DNA of 64,000 nt from Candidatus Obscuribacteraceae bacterium. Lineage in GTDB: Bacteria > Cyanobacteriota > Vampirovibrionia > Obscuribacterales > Obscuribacteraceae. The notes below the pieces were generated by a model that ran no database searches, was not told the DNA's origin, and was given only the letters and a program-made list of their open reading frames with translations. The position numbers were made by a program, and so were the translations under genes. Of the stretch, positions 1 to 8,823 are shown in pieces; position 1 is the stretch's first letter; each line of letters starts with the position of its first letter. The stretch is from positions 160,001 to 224,000 of the forward strand of contig JBGASG010000002.1 in the NCBI GenBank assembly GCA_044229845.1, in the 5' to 3' direction.

Positions 1-219
1 CACGACATCGACACCTTTGAAGGCTTCGGCGCTCGGCTCCTGCACGGGCAGTTTCTCACCACGAAACTCGATGGTCATATCCTTGGAGCGCGCGCTGGCC
101 AGCAAGCGCAATTCTTTGACGGGAAACTTGCGTTCTTCCAGAACTTTCAACAACTCCTGACCGACGCGCCCCGTCGCTCCCAGTATTGCTACAGTAATTG
201 GTTGACGTTGTCCGGTCAT
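1..219 (-). CDS. asd: aspartate-semialdehyde dehydrogenase, N-terminal part (runs off window)
   Basis: Manual translation MTGQRQPITVAILGATGRVGQELLKVLEERKFPVKELRLLASARS; ATG overlaps the dapB stop (ATGA). Confidence 0.93.
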   Translation of the reverse strand, partial: MTGQRQPITVAILGATGRVGQELLKVLEERKFPVKELRLLASARSKDMTIEFRGEKLPVQEPSAEAFKGVDVV

Positions 220-1079
220 TTCGCTGTTACCTCCTGAGCGCGTGCGGGTGCGTTCAAATTTAGTATGTTCTCGAGTCCGACCACCATGTGATCCAGATCC
301 ATCACTGCTTTCAGCGCCAGCTCAATGCCCTTGCCGAAACAGTCGGTGTTAAAACTGTCGTGGCGGACGGTGAGCAGTTCGCCCGGCGCGCCGAAAATGA
401 CTTCCTGATGCGAGATCAGACCCGGCAATCGCAACGAATGAATGCGCACGCCGGATTCTACCTTGCCGCCGCGCGAGCCTTCCAGAAGCTCGTGGTCTTC
501 GACCTCACGCGGGTTGAACTGATTTCCTGACTCGCTGAGTTTGCGCGCGGTGTGCATGGCGGTTCCCGATGGTGCATCTAATTTCTTAGTATGGTGCATT
601 TCGACAATTTCGACATTCGGGAAGAATGCGCCAGCCTGGCGGGCGAACTCCATCATCAGGACGGCTCCGACGGCGAAGTTGGGAACGTGCATGGCGCCCA
701 ATTGCTTGCGGGCAGCCAGTTCGGTCAGTGACTTGATGTCCCGGGGGTCGAGTCCGGACGAGCCGGTGACCGCGCGCAATCCCTTGTCCAGAGCCCATTT
801 CATATGCTCGACGGCTGGCTCGGCGTGAGAAAAGTCCAGTAAGACATCGGCTTCCAAGCCCTGCGGCAGGTCATTGAGACCGCCGACGATGACGACTCCG
901 GTCCTCAAGAGGCCGACGAGTTCGCCGGCATCCTTGCCGATGTAATCCGCGCCGGCACGCCCGGTGGCGCCGACCAGCTTGAAATCGGGGTTTTCAGCGA
1001 ACAGCTTCGTGCAATAGCGGCCCATGCGGCCGTTAATGCCCGTAACGATTACCCGAATTGGCTTACTGGGGGATTGCAA
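216..1079 (-). CDS. dapB: 4-hydroxy-tetrahydrodipicolinate reductase
   Basis: GINGRMG nucleotide-binding motif, EMHHTKKLDAPSGTA catalytic motif, adjacent to asd. Confidence 0.97.
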   Translation of the reverse strand: MQSPSKPIRVIVTGINGRMGRYCTKLFAENPDFKLVGATGRAGADYIGKDAGELVGLLRTGVVIVGGLNDLPQGLEADVLLDFSHAEPAVEHMKWALDKGLRAVTGSSGLDPRDIKSLTELAARKQLGAMHVPNFAVGAVLMMEFARQAGAFFPNVEIVEMHHTKKLDAPSGTAMHTARKLSESGNQFNPREVEDHELLEGSRGGKVESGVRIHSLRLPGLISHQEVIFGAPGELLTVRHDSFNTDCFGKGIELALKAVMDLDHMVVGLENILNLNAPARAQEVTAK

Positions 1080-1161
1080 AACTTGAAGGATCTCCCGAAA
1101 ACGCCTGCGGTTCTAGACAAGCGTACCAGGGGATGCCATTAAATGATCACTTCGCTAAGCG

Positions 1162-2016
1162 ATGAAAAGCGCCGAGCGGGCGTCTTTTGGCACTACAATC
1201 TGCGGTATGAGCTACCAGACATTTCACCGCCACCCGCAGATAATCATCGCCGGAGCGCTCTGCGTGCTGTTCTTCGCCGCCGGCTGCACAGCTCCTCTGT
1301 CGATTCCGGCACCCAGTGCCGGACCCGGCTCCGCCAATGTGGGGGCGGTGTCTGCATCAGACCGCCAACAGCTCGAACAATCGCTGGCTCTCACGGTGGC
1401 GGCCAGCCGCCAGGACGGGTCTCCGACTTTTCCGCACAATGCGGAAATCGACGCGCGCCGCCTGCTGGCGCTCGACCGCAACGAGAACAACTACGAGAAA
1501 ACCATGGAGCACGCCACTAGTTTGGCTGAGATTCTGGAAAGAAACGGTCGGATTGACGAGGCGGACATACTGCGCGAGTCGCTGAGCAAGTACAAAGAGG
1601 CGCAAAGCGAACGGGCTCTCGGTGAAGAGAACTTGCAGAAGGGCGACCTGGAGGCAGCTCTGCAGCACTTCAATAAAGAGATTGATGCTCTCGAACATCT
1701 TGATCCCAAGATCTTCAGCGCGTATTCGAAAACCCTGATGGATGCTTACACTCACCTGGCTCTCGTGCAGCAAAAATTACAACACTACGAAGAGGCGGAA
1801 CGACTGCACCGCCAGATCATTGGTGCCACAGTGGAGGCGGAAGGGGACGAGAGCATTGCGGCTCAAGACTCCCAACTCGATCTGGCGCGTTTTTTCGCCG
1901 CCATCGGCGACGCGCACCGAGCACGCCTGATGCTGGACAACGTGATCACGAAGTTTCCGAAGTGCGATGAAGCTCGCAAGCTGCGCGCGCAACTAGGCGA
2001 CGAATCGAAGAGCTAA
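1162..2016 (+). CDS. TPR-containing probable lipoprotein
   Basis: Hydrophobic segment ending FFAAGC (lipobox-like), helical TPR-like repeats; true start may be the ATG at 1207. Confidence 0.7.
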   Translation: MKSAERASFGTTICGMSYQTFHRHPQIIIAGALCVLFFAAGCTAPLSIPAPSAGPGSANVGAVSASDRQQLEQSLALTVAASRQDGSPTFPHNAEIDARRLLALDRNENNYEKTMEHATSLAEILERNGRIDEADILRESLSKYKEAQSERALGEENLQKGDLEAALQHFNKEIDALEHLDPKIFSAYSKTLMDAYTHLALVQQKLQHYEEAERLHRQIIGATVEAEGDESIAAQDSQLDLARFFAAIGDAHRARLMLDNVITKFPKCDEARKLRAQLGDESKS

Positions 2017-2019
2017 GCG

Positions 2020-2499
2020 TCAGTCGAGGATGGTGGCGGAGGCCAGCATGGCGCGACCGGTCGATCCGAAGCCGCCTGAGCCGCGTTCGCTGTCGTTGGT
2101 TTCGTCGACTTCAATTACTTCCACGCGCGGAACCGGCGTGATCAAAAGTTGGGCGATGCGCTCGCCGGGTTCGAAGATATAGACTTCGTCGCCGTGGTTG
2201 ATCAACAGCACCACCACTTCTCCGCGGTAGTCACTATCGATGGTGCCGACACAGTTGGTCAATGTGACACCAGCTTTGGCGGCAAGACCGGAACGCGGAC
2301 GCAACTGACCTTCGTAGCCCGGCGGAATTTCGACAACCAGTCCCGTCGGCATGCCGAGCCGTTTTCCCGGCGCCAGGCAGAGCGGTCCGTCAATGGCAGC
2401 AGTCAAATCAAGTCCAGCCGCTCCCGGTGTTGCATAACGGGGTAGATCGCGGCAATGCGGAAGGCGTTTCACTTTCAGTTTGACTGCGGCTGTTTCCAC
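2020..2499 (-). CDS. dut: dUTP diphosphatase
   Basis: Motifs AGLDL, RPRSG, GTIDSDYRGE, RIAQL, RGSGGFGSTG; GTG start at 2499 follows AAAGAGGA (ORF track extends to 2577). Confidence 0.96.
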   Translation of the reverse strand: METAAVKLKVKRLPHCRDLPRYATPGAAGLDLTAAIDGPLCLAPGKRLGMPTGLVVEIPPGYEGQLRPRSGLAAKAGVTLTNCVGTIDSDYRGEVVVLLINHGDEVYIFEPGERIAQLLITPVPRVEVIEVDETNDSERGSGGFGSTGRAMLASATILD

Positions 2500-2530
2500 T
2501 TCTGCGTTCCTCTTTGATGAGATTAGGTGT

Positions 2531-3784
2531 TTAGCAAGCGAGCTCGTATTGCGATTGCAACTCGGACGTGGGTCCAACGACCACCAGCGAGAGCTGGTCG
2601 TTTCTCAAAAATTCATTGGCGATGTTCTTCAGTTCTTCCGAAGTCACTTTGTCGATGTCGTGACAGATCTCTTCGACTGTCAGTTGCCGACCGTAATAGA
2701 GTTCGCTGTACGCATTGCGACTGGTGCGGTAGCGCATCGATTCCAATCCGAGCAGAAGCTCCGATTTCAGTTGCGTCTTGGCGCGTTTGATTTCTTCGTC
2801 GGTCAGACCGTCCGCTTTCACTTTCTGGAACTCAGCTCCGGTCAACTCCAGCACCTGCGAAACGTGCTTGGGACTGGTGCCGGCATAAACGCCGAACAAT
2901 CCGGCTTTAGTATGGCTTTCGCGGAATGTATTGATGCTGTACACCAGACCGCGTTTCTCGCGCACTTCCTGGAACAGGCGCGATGACATGTTTCCTCCCA
3001 GGCAGAGATCGAGAATCGCCAGGGCATAACGGCGTTGATCGAGCATTTCGATACCGGGCACGGCCAGCACCAGATGCGCTTGTTCGATGTCGCGGTGTTT
3101 GACGAGGTTGAATCGTTCGTATGCCGGAGTGCCGACATCGGGCTTCTGCAACCCAACGGACAATCTATTGAGACCTCGCGACAGCTGTTCAATCACTTGC
3201 TTGTCGTCGAACTTACCGGCGATCGAGATAACAAAGTGCTCGGGGTGGTAAAAATCGCGAACATGCTCTTTGAGCATTTCGCTGGTCAGCCCGCACACGG
3301 TCTCGGCAGTGCCGGTTATCGGTCGGCTTAGAGGATGTTCAGGCCAGATGTTGGCAATCAGCGTCTCGTGCGTGACGTCCTCGGGATCGTCATCGTACAT
3401 CTTGATCTCTTCGAGGATCACCTGGCGTTCCATATCCAGGTCATCTTGCGCCAAGCGGGCGTCGGTCAGCATATCGAGCAGCAGATCAATCGCCACATGC
3501 ACACGGTCGCCCATGACGCGCCCGTAAAAACAAGTGTTCTCTTTTCCGGTGGCGGCGCCGAGGCTGCCGCCGACATCTTCGATCTCCTGCGCAATTTCGC
3601 GCGCCGTGCGCTTGCGAGTGCCCTTGAATAGCATGTGCTCGAGACAATGCGAGACACCGTTTGTCTTCAGTGTCTCGTCTTGGGAACCGACATCAACCCA
3701 CACACCAATAGAAGCGGAATACACCTCATCGACGACTTCGGTGATGATGCGCGCTCCATTGTCTAACTTTGTGGTTTGTATCAT
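2531..3784 (-). CDS. M16 family (pitrilysin-like) zinc peptidase
   Basis: HCLEH inverted zinc motif, SSRLFQEVREKRGLVY; ATG at 3784 follows GGAGA. Confidence 0.93.
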   Translation of the reverse strand: MIQTTKLDNGARIITEVVDEVYSASIGVWVDVGSQDETLKTNGVSHCLEHMLFKGTRKRTAREIAQEIEDVGGSLGAATGKENTCFYGRVMGDRVHVAIDLLLDMLTDARLAQDDLDMERQVILEEIKMYDDDPEDVTHETLIANIWPEHPLSRPITGTAETVCGLTSEMLKEHVRDFYHPEHFVISIAGKFDDKQVIEQLSRGLNRLSVGLQKPDVGTPAYERFNLVKHRDIEQAHLVLAVPGIEMLDQRRYALAILDLCLGGNMSSRLFQEVREKRGLVYSINTFRESHTKAGLFGVYAGTSPKHVSQVLELTGAEFQKVKADGLTDEEIKRAKTQLKSELLLGLESMRYRTSRNAYSELYYGRQLTVEEICHDIDKVTSEELKNIANEFLRNDQLSLVVVGPTSELQSQYELAC

Positions 3785-3857
3785 TCTCCAAACGCCGTGG
3801 CCGGGCGCTTCCGGTGCCAATTATAGCCGACTCCGGGGCAACCAACAGCAGTGAAAC

Positions 3858-3897
3858 AAACAAAAACACCACCCGAACTGAATCGCGGTGGTGTTTT
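3858..3897 (-). terminator. intrinsic terminator at the end of the repeat RNA (present in all nine copies)
   Basis: Minus strand AAAACACCACC-GCGATTCAGTTCG-GGTGGTGTTTTTGTTT. Confidence 0.8.
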
Positions 3898-4071
3898 CGC
3901 TACTGTCTGACTGCCCGTTGCTCGGGCTCAGTATTTCCTCACGCTTCAGCCAGTCCTTCACGTGGGGCGAGCTCACATCAGCTGTCGTTCCCGGTCAGCG
4001 CTGACCTGACGTTTCCGCTTGGCTCCTCGGCTCGACGCGATTGCAATTTCAGTTCAACCGCTCACCTGATG
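3858..4071 (-). ncRNA. putative structured ncRNA, unknown family (copy 1)
   Basis: -10 box TATTCT (4078-4083, minus strand), stems supported by compensatory changes among copies, terminator hairpin plus U-tract; 5' end inferred. Confidence 0.72.
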
Positions 4072-4357
4072 CATTCAAGAATACAGGTCAGTTTCACGCC
4101 CGAGAAGTACCCCAGAGGACCTTTAATAATCAGCGTTTTGCGTATACAAAACCCGCATCAGAAGCTATGGACTAGCACCACATTTGGTTAAGAAGCGCTC
4201 GATCCACGCGCGCCCCAAAGGGCTCAGGCATTCCATATTCTTTATATATAGGTACGCAATCGAATCGATCGCCCGCCCCGCCCCAATTTATATAAACGCA
4301 TCGCCAATAAGCGACTGCAGGCTCTAAAATGAGACAGAACAAAGGATCGCCACTCCA

Positions 4358-6094
4358 TTGGATCGAGACCGCGACGAGCCCCTCATAAGCAACAGCCACC
4401 CGTCCGGAGTCCTGCGCGCCGGCTACATTCTGGGCGACCGCTACCGCATCGAAGGCTGCATCGGCGCCGGGGGCATGGGCGGCGTGTATAAAGCTACGCA
4501 CATCGAACTGCGGAATACGGTCGCCATCAAAGTAATGCATTCGCGTTTCTCGGTCGACCAGAATGCAGTGGCGCGCTTCCATCGAGAAGCCAAAATCATC
4601 TCCGGACTGCATCACAAAAACATTTTGTCGGTCTACTCGTTTGGAAGCGCCGACGGACTTCTCTATTTGGCGATGGAATTCATCGACGGTCGGTCGCTTG
4701 GAGATTTGATCAGAGAACAAAAACTGCGGTCACAGAAAAACAATGCCATTGCGATTCTTCTGCAAATCTGCGATGCAATGGCTTACGCACACCACCAACA
4801 CGTATTGCACCGCGATCTCAAGCCCGACAATGTACTGATTACCAAGGCCGATCAGACAGCCAAAGTGGTCGACTTCGGATTGGCAAAATTGACTGACGAA
4901 GAAATGCAGCGACTGACAAGCACCGGTCTGGTCGTGGGAGATCCGCGCTATATGAGTCCGGAGCAGTCTCAGGGAAAACCAGTTGACGGACGCTCGGACA
5001 TTTATTCCTTTGGATGTTTGATGTACGAGCTGCTTGCCGGCCGCTGCCCATTCGATGCCGATGCGCCCGTTGCGATTCTCTTCAAACAGATCTCGGAAAA
5101 TCCCGAACTATTTGCTGACGAAACCAACCTTTCGCGCTCACTGCAAGCCATAACGCTGCAGTGCATGCAAAAGGATCCTCAGTTGCGTTATCAATCGTTT
5201 GAAGAAATTGCCGTGCAGTTGCAAATACTCGCGAGCGATCCTGATGCGAAAGTGGAAGGGAGCCACAGCAAAGCTCGTGCTGGTGCTCAAAAACATCCGG
5301 CATCCCCACAAAAAAAACGATTGCTCGCCGTCTTTACCGGGGTGGTTATCACTACGCTTGCCGGTCTGTGTGTGCTGCTTCTCTTGACCCAGTCAAACTC
5401 AAACACGAACGCAACCGGTAAGGATCAGCAAACCGATCACGATCTGCGCCAAGTGCTGGAAAAACTCAAACGCTCATACCACGACGAAGCAAAGTACAAA
5501 AGGGAGTCGCTGGAAGCAGAAAGCATCGCGTCCCAAAATCCCGGCGCGGTCAGTCCTCTTTATCGGGGGCGACTTGATTACGTTCACGCCAGGGTGCTGC
5601 AAGTGGAGACGTATCGATCAAGACCAGTTGAGAAACAGCAGCCCGGCTGGGAACAGGCGCTTAGCTACAGTCGCAAGTCAGTAGTTGAACTAAAGAAGGC
5701 GCGAGCAGATGACGCTTCCTCCTACAGCACTCACACGCGCACGGCAACCGGCTTGCTGATGATGAAGGAAGAAGATCAATATTTCTTCGATTCGATTTTG
5801 CTTTGGCAAGCGATGGCGGAGAAGTGCAATCGGGCCAATGAAGTCGAATCCTCAATGAACGAGATAATGGACTTCTGCGAACGATTCAAAATCGAATCCG
5901 ACTCCGCACCACGCATGACTCCGCTGTGGCAGCTGAAGATCAGTCGCATCGTGCAGACCGGCGATCGGACTGCAGCAAAAACCATCGCCGAGCGCTATTT
6001 GCGGTGCCTGAGGAAACAAGGCTATAAAGCAAGCTTTATTGACGATCAGGTGCGCGCAGTCAGAGCATTGGCGGGAATCGACTTACCGAATTGA
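4358..6094 (+). CDS. receptor-like Ser/Thr protein kinase, array paralog 1
   Basis: GAGGMG, VAIK, HRDLKPDN, DFG, YMSPE, DIYSFG; one TM segment; divergent helical C-terminal domain. Confidence 0.95.
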   Translation: MDRDRDEPLISNSHPSGVLRAGYILGDRYRIEGCIGAGGMGGVYKATHIELRNTVAIKVMHSRFSVDQNAVARFHREAKIISGLHHKNILSVYSFGSADGLLYLAMEFIDGRSLGDLIREQKLRSQKNNAIAILLQICDAMAYAHHQHVLHRDLKPDNVLITKADQTAKVVDFGLAKLTDEEMQRLTSTGLVVGDPRYMSPEQSQGKPVDGRSDIYSFGCLMYELLAGRCPFDADAPVAILFKQISENPELFADETNLSRSLQAITLQCMQKDPQLRYQSFEEIAVQLQILASDPDAKVEGSHSKARAGAQKHPASPQKKRLLAVFTGVVITTLAGLCVLLLLTQSNSNTNATGKDQQTDHDLRQVLEKLKRSYHDEAKYKRESLEAESIASQNPGAVSPLYRGRLDYVHARVLQVETYRSRPVEKQQPGWEQALSYSRKSVVELKKARADDASSYSTHTRTATGLLMMKEEDQYFFDSILLWQAMAEKCNRANEVESSMNEIMDFCERFKIESDSAPRMTPLWQLKISRIVQTGDRTAAKTIAERYLRCLRKQGYKASFIDDQVRAVRALAGIDLPN

Positions 6095-6095
6095 A

Positions 6096-6309
6096 AAACA
6101 AAAACACCACCCGAACTGAATCGCGGTGGTGTTCATGCTACTGCCTGACTGCCCGTTGCTCGGGCTCAGTATTTCCTCATGCTTCAGTCAGTCCTTCACA
6201 TGGGGCGAGCTCTCATCAGCTGTCGTTTCCGGTCAGCGCGGACCTGGTGTTTCTGCTTGGCTCCTCGGCTCGACGCGATTGCAACATCAGCTCAATCGCT
6301 CACCTGATG
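6096..6309 (-). ncRNA. putative structured ncRNA (copy 2)
   Basis: As copy 1. Confidence 0.7.
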
Positions 6310-6438
6310 CATTCAAGAATACACGGCAGCTTCATACCGGAGAAGTACCCCAGAGGACCTTTAATGATCGGCGCTTCGCGTATACAGAACCCACACCAGG
6401 AGCTATAGACCGGCACCACATTCGGTTAAGAAGCGCTC
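6096..6438. repeat. ~343-bp repeat, copy 2
   Basis: Collinear with copy 1. Confidence 0.97.
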
Positions 6439-6604
6439 GATCCACGCGCGCCCCAAAGGGTTCCGGCATTCCATATCGTTTATACAAGTACTTATATATA
6501 AACGCGACAGCGATCCGCCCTAAAGTCACCCGGTTCCATATAGACACATCGCTAACTATCAACCCGAGAGCGTAAAATGAGAAGGAACAAAGGAAGCATC
6601 GTAA

Positions 6605-8338
6605 TTGGATCAAGACCTCCCGAGCACCATACAATCCGGCACGATTCTCGACGGCAAGTACCGCATCGAAGGCTACATCGGCGCGGGCGGTATGGGTAGC
6701 GTCTACAAAGCGATACACGTGCAGCTCGGCAACCCGGTCGCCATCAAAATCATGCACCCGCGGTTTTCACTCGACACCAATTCGACAGCCAGGTTCCACA
6801 GAGAAGCGAAGATCATTTCCGGGCTGCATCACAAGAACATTCTGGCGGTCTATGCATTTGGTTCCAGCGACGGATCTCTATACATGGCAATGGAATTCGT
6901 TGATGGGCAGTCGCTAGGAGATCTGATCAGGGAGCGCGGACCGATGGCGCCGGAAAGTGCAGTACAAATACTCCTACAGATTTGCGAGGCGATGACCTAC
7001 GCGCACCGGCACAAAGTATTACATCGCGATTTAAAACCAGACAACGTACTTTTGGAGCGAGACACCGCGCTGGCAAAAGTCGTCGACTTCGGACTGGCTA
7101 AACTGACTGACGCGGAAACGCAACGACTGACGAGTACCGGCATGATCGTCGGTGACGCGCGCTACATGAGCCCCGAGCAATCGCAAGGCAAGCCGATCGA
7201 TCAACGTTCAGACGTGTACTCATTCGGCTGCCTGATGTATGAAACACTTGCGGGACGCTGCCCGTTTGAAGCAGATACGCCGGTTGCGGTTTTGTTCAAG
7301 CAAGTCTCAGAGGATCCGCAGCCCTTCGCCGCCGATTCGAATATCTCGCGTTCGCTGCAGGCAATTACACTCCAGGCAATGCAGAAGGAGCAACAACAGC
7401 GCTATCAATCGTTTGAAGAGATCGCCACACAATTGCAAAAACTCGTCGGCGATCCAAATGCAAAAGTCGACGGCAGTCACCGTAAAGCATTACCAAAATC
7501 GGCCGGCTCAGGCAGAATGAACAAAGCCACGGCGCTCACAGCGGTACTACTCCTCGCCCTGGCAGCAGTACTGGTGCAGCCGTTGCTGGCATTTTTTCTG
7601 CCGCGCGCGCTGGACAACGAGAACACAACCGGCAATCAGCAATCGAAGCGAACGGCAGAAATGCAAATAGCCAACTTGATACGACAACTAGTATTGCGCG
7701 GTCCTCGCGACGAGCAATTCAGCTCGCTTCTCAACGAAGCCGAATCAATTGCAAAGCAAAATCCTGACATCGACCTCGCGTTCAAGGGTCGTCTCAAATT
7801 TATGCACGGGCGATTAATCGAATCCCGCCACCTAGCAACACACGCCAAGCCAAATATCTTCAGCGATCTGAAGGCTCAAGATAAGCGCAACCTGCAGGAG
7901 GGGCTAAATTACAGCCGCATTGCGGTAAACGAATTACGACAGTCCATGACCGACGCGGAATCGCATCGTGTCTGGAAATCAGAAACCGCCAGTGGATTGA
8001 AACCTCTGCTCGTCGAAGAAATACACTTTCTCGAGTCGCTGGCGCTCTGGCGAGAGATGTCCATTCTGTGCGATTCGTTTTCGGAGATAGAAGCTGCTTC
8101 GGCCCAGATATTTCAAATCTCGGATAGATACAAAATCGACTACGCCAACGAAGCATTAGTGCGCTCTGCGTATGCCGAGTTGATCGAGTTTTACAGGCTT
8201 CGGCACAAGACGTCCGCTGCCGACATCTTGACGAAACGCTATCTGGACAATTTGAAACTGCAGGGCTGCGATCCGCTATTCATCGCCGATGAGCAAAAGC
8301 GGCTACAAACGCAAAAACAAAAACACCACCCGAACTGA
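6605..8338 (+). CDS. receptor-like Ser/Thr protein kinase, paralog 2
   Basis: Complete Hanks motifs, TM segment; ends KQKHHPN inside repeat 3. Confidence 0.95.
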   Translation: MDQDLPSTIQSGTILDGKYRIEGYIGAGGMGSVYKAIHVQLGNPVAIKIMHPRFSLDTNSTARFHREAKIISGLHHKNILAVYAFGSSDGSLYMAMEFVDGQSLGDLIRERGPMAPESAVQILLQICEAMTYAHRHKVLHRDLKPDNVLLERDTALAKVVDFGLAKLTDAETQRLTSTGMIVGDARYMSPEQSQGKPIDQRSDVYSFGCLMYETLAGRCPFEADTPVAVLFKQVSEDPQPFAADSNISRSLQAITLQAMQKEQQQRYQSFEEIATQLQKLVGDPNAKVDGSHRKALPKSAGSGRMNKATALTAVLLLALAAVLVQPLLAFFLPRALDNENTTGNQQSKRTAEMQIANLIRQLVLRGPRDEQFSSLLNEAESIAKQNPDIDLAFKGRLKFMHGRLIESRHLATHAKPNIFSDLKAQDKRNLQEGLNYSRIAVNELRQSMTDAESHRVWKSETASGLKPLLVEEIHFLESLALWREMSILCDSFSEIEAASAQIFQISDRYKIDYANEALVRSAYAELIEFYRLRHKTSAADILTKRYLDNLKLQGCDPLFIADEQKRLQTQKQKHHPN

Positions 8339-8528
8339 ATCGCGGTGGTGTTTATGCTACTGCCTGACTGCCCGTTGCTCGGGCTCAGTATCTCCTCACG
8401 CTTCAGCCAGTCCTTCACGTGGGGCGAGCTCACATCAGCTGTCGTTTCCGGTCAGCGCTGACCTGGTGTTTCCGCTTGGCTCCTCGGCTCGACGCGATTG
8501 CAATTTCAGTTCAATCGCTCACCTGATG
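8315..8528 (-). ncRNA. putative structured ncRNA (copy 3)
   Basis: As copy 1. Confidence 0.7.
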
Positions 8529-8657
8529 CATTCAAGAATACACGGCAGTTTAGCGTACGAGAAGTACCCCAGAGGACCTTTAATGATCTACCTTACGCGT
8601 ACACGAACCCCGCACCAAAAGCTATTTCCTTGCACCACATTTGGTTATGAAGCGCTC
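8315..8657. repeat. ~343-bp repeat, copy 3
   Basis: Collinear with copy 1. Confidence 0.97.
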
Positions 8658-8823
8658 GATCTATGCGCGCCGCAATGAGTTCCGGCATTCAATATCGTTT
8701 ATACAGGTACTTATATATCGATGCGGCGAGAAACCCGCCCAGGGTCGCTCGATTCTATATAGGCGTATCGCCAACTATCGACCGGAGAGCGTAGAATGAG
8801 AAGGAACAAAGGATCGCCCAAGC

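Larger units (their letters stand above)
3858..4200. repeat. ~343-bp interspersed repeat, copy 1 of 9
   Basis: Starts AAACAAAAACACCACCCGAACTGAATCGCGGTGGTG; collinear with eight other copies. Confidence 0.97.

Noticed and set aside
3980..4068. Glycine riboswitch or SRP RNA identity for the repeat RNA
   Set aside because: Minus-strand GGUGAG...GCCGAGGAGCC...AAACGUCAGGU loosely recalls the glycine aptamer and GUCAGGUC recalls SRP helix 8, but key residues (GGAGA, CUCUCAGG; GGAAGGAAGCAGC) are absent. An Rfam search is needed to close this.
6091..6408. Plus-strand ORFs ...NKNTTRTESRWC... across the repeats
   Set aside because: No shared start codon or RBS and variable lengths; a by-product of repeat conservation.
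8239..8433. Small minus-strand ORF MSSPHVKDWLKREE... recurring in the repeats
   Set aside because: Interrupted by an in-frame TGA in copies 2, 4 and 7-9; variation follows base pairing rather than codons.
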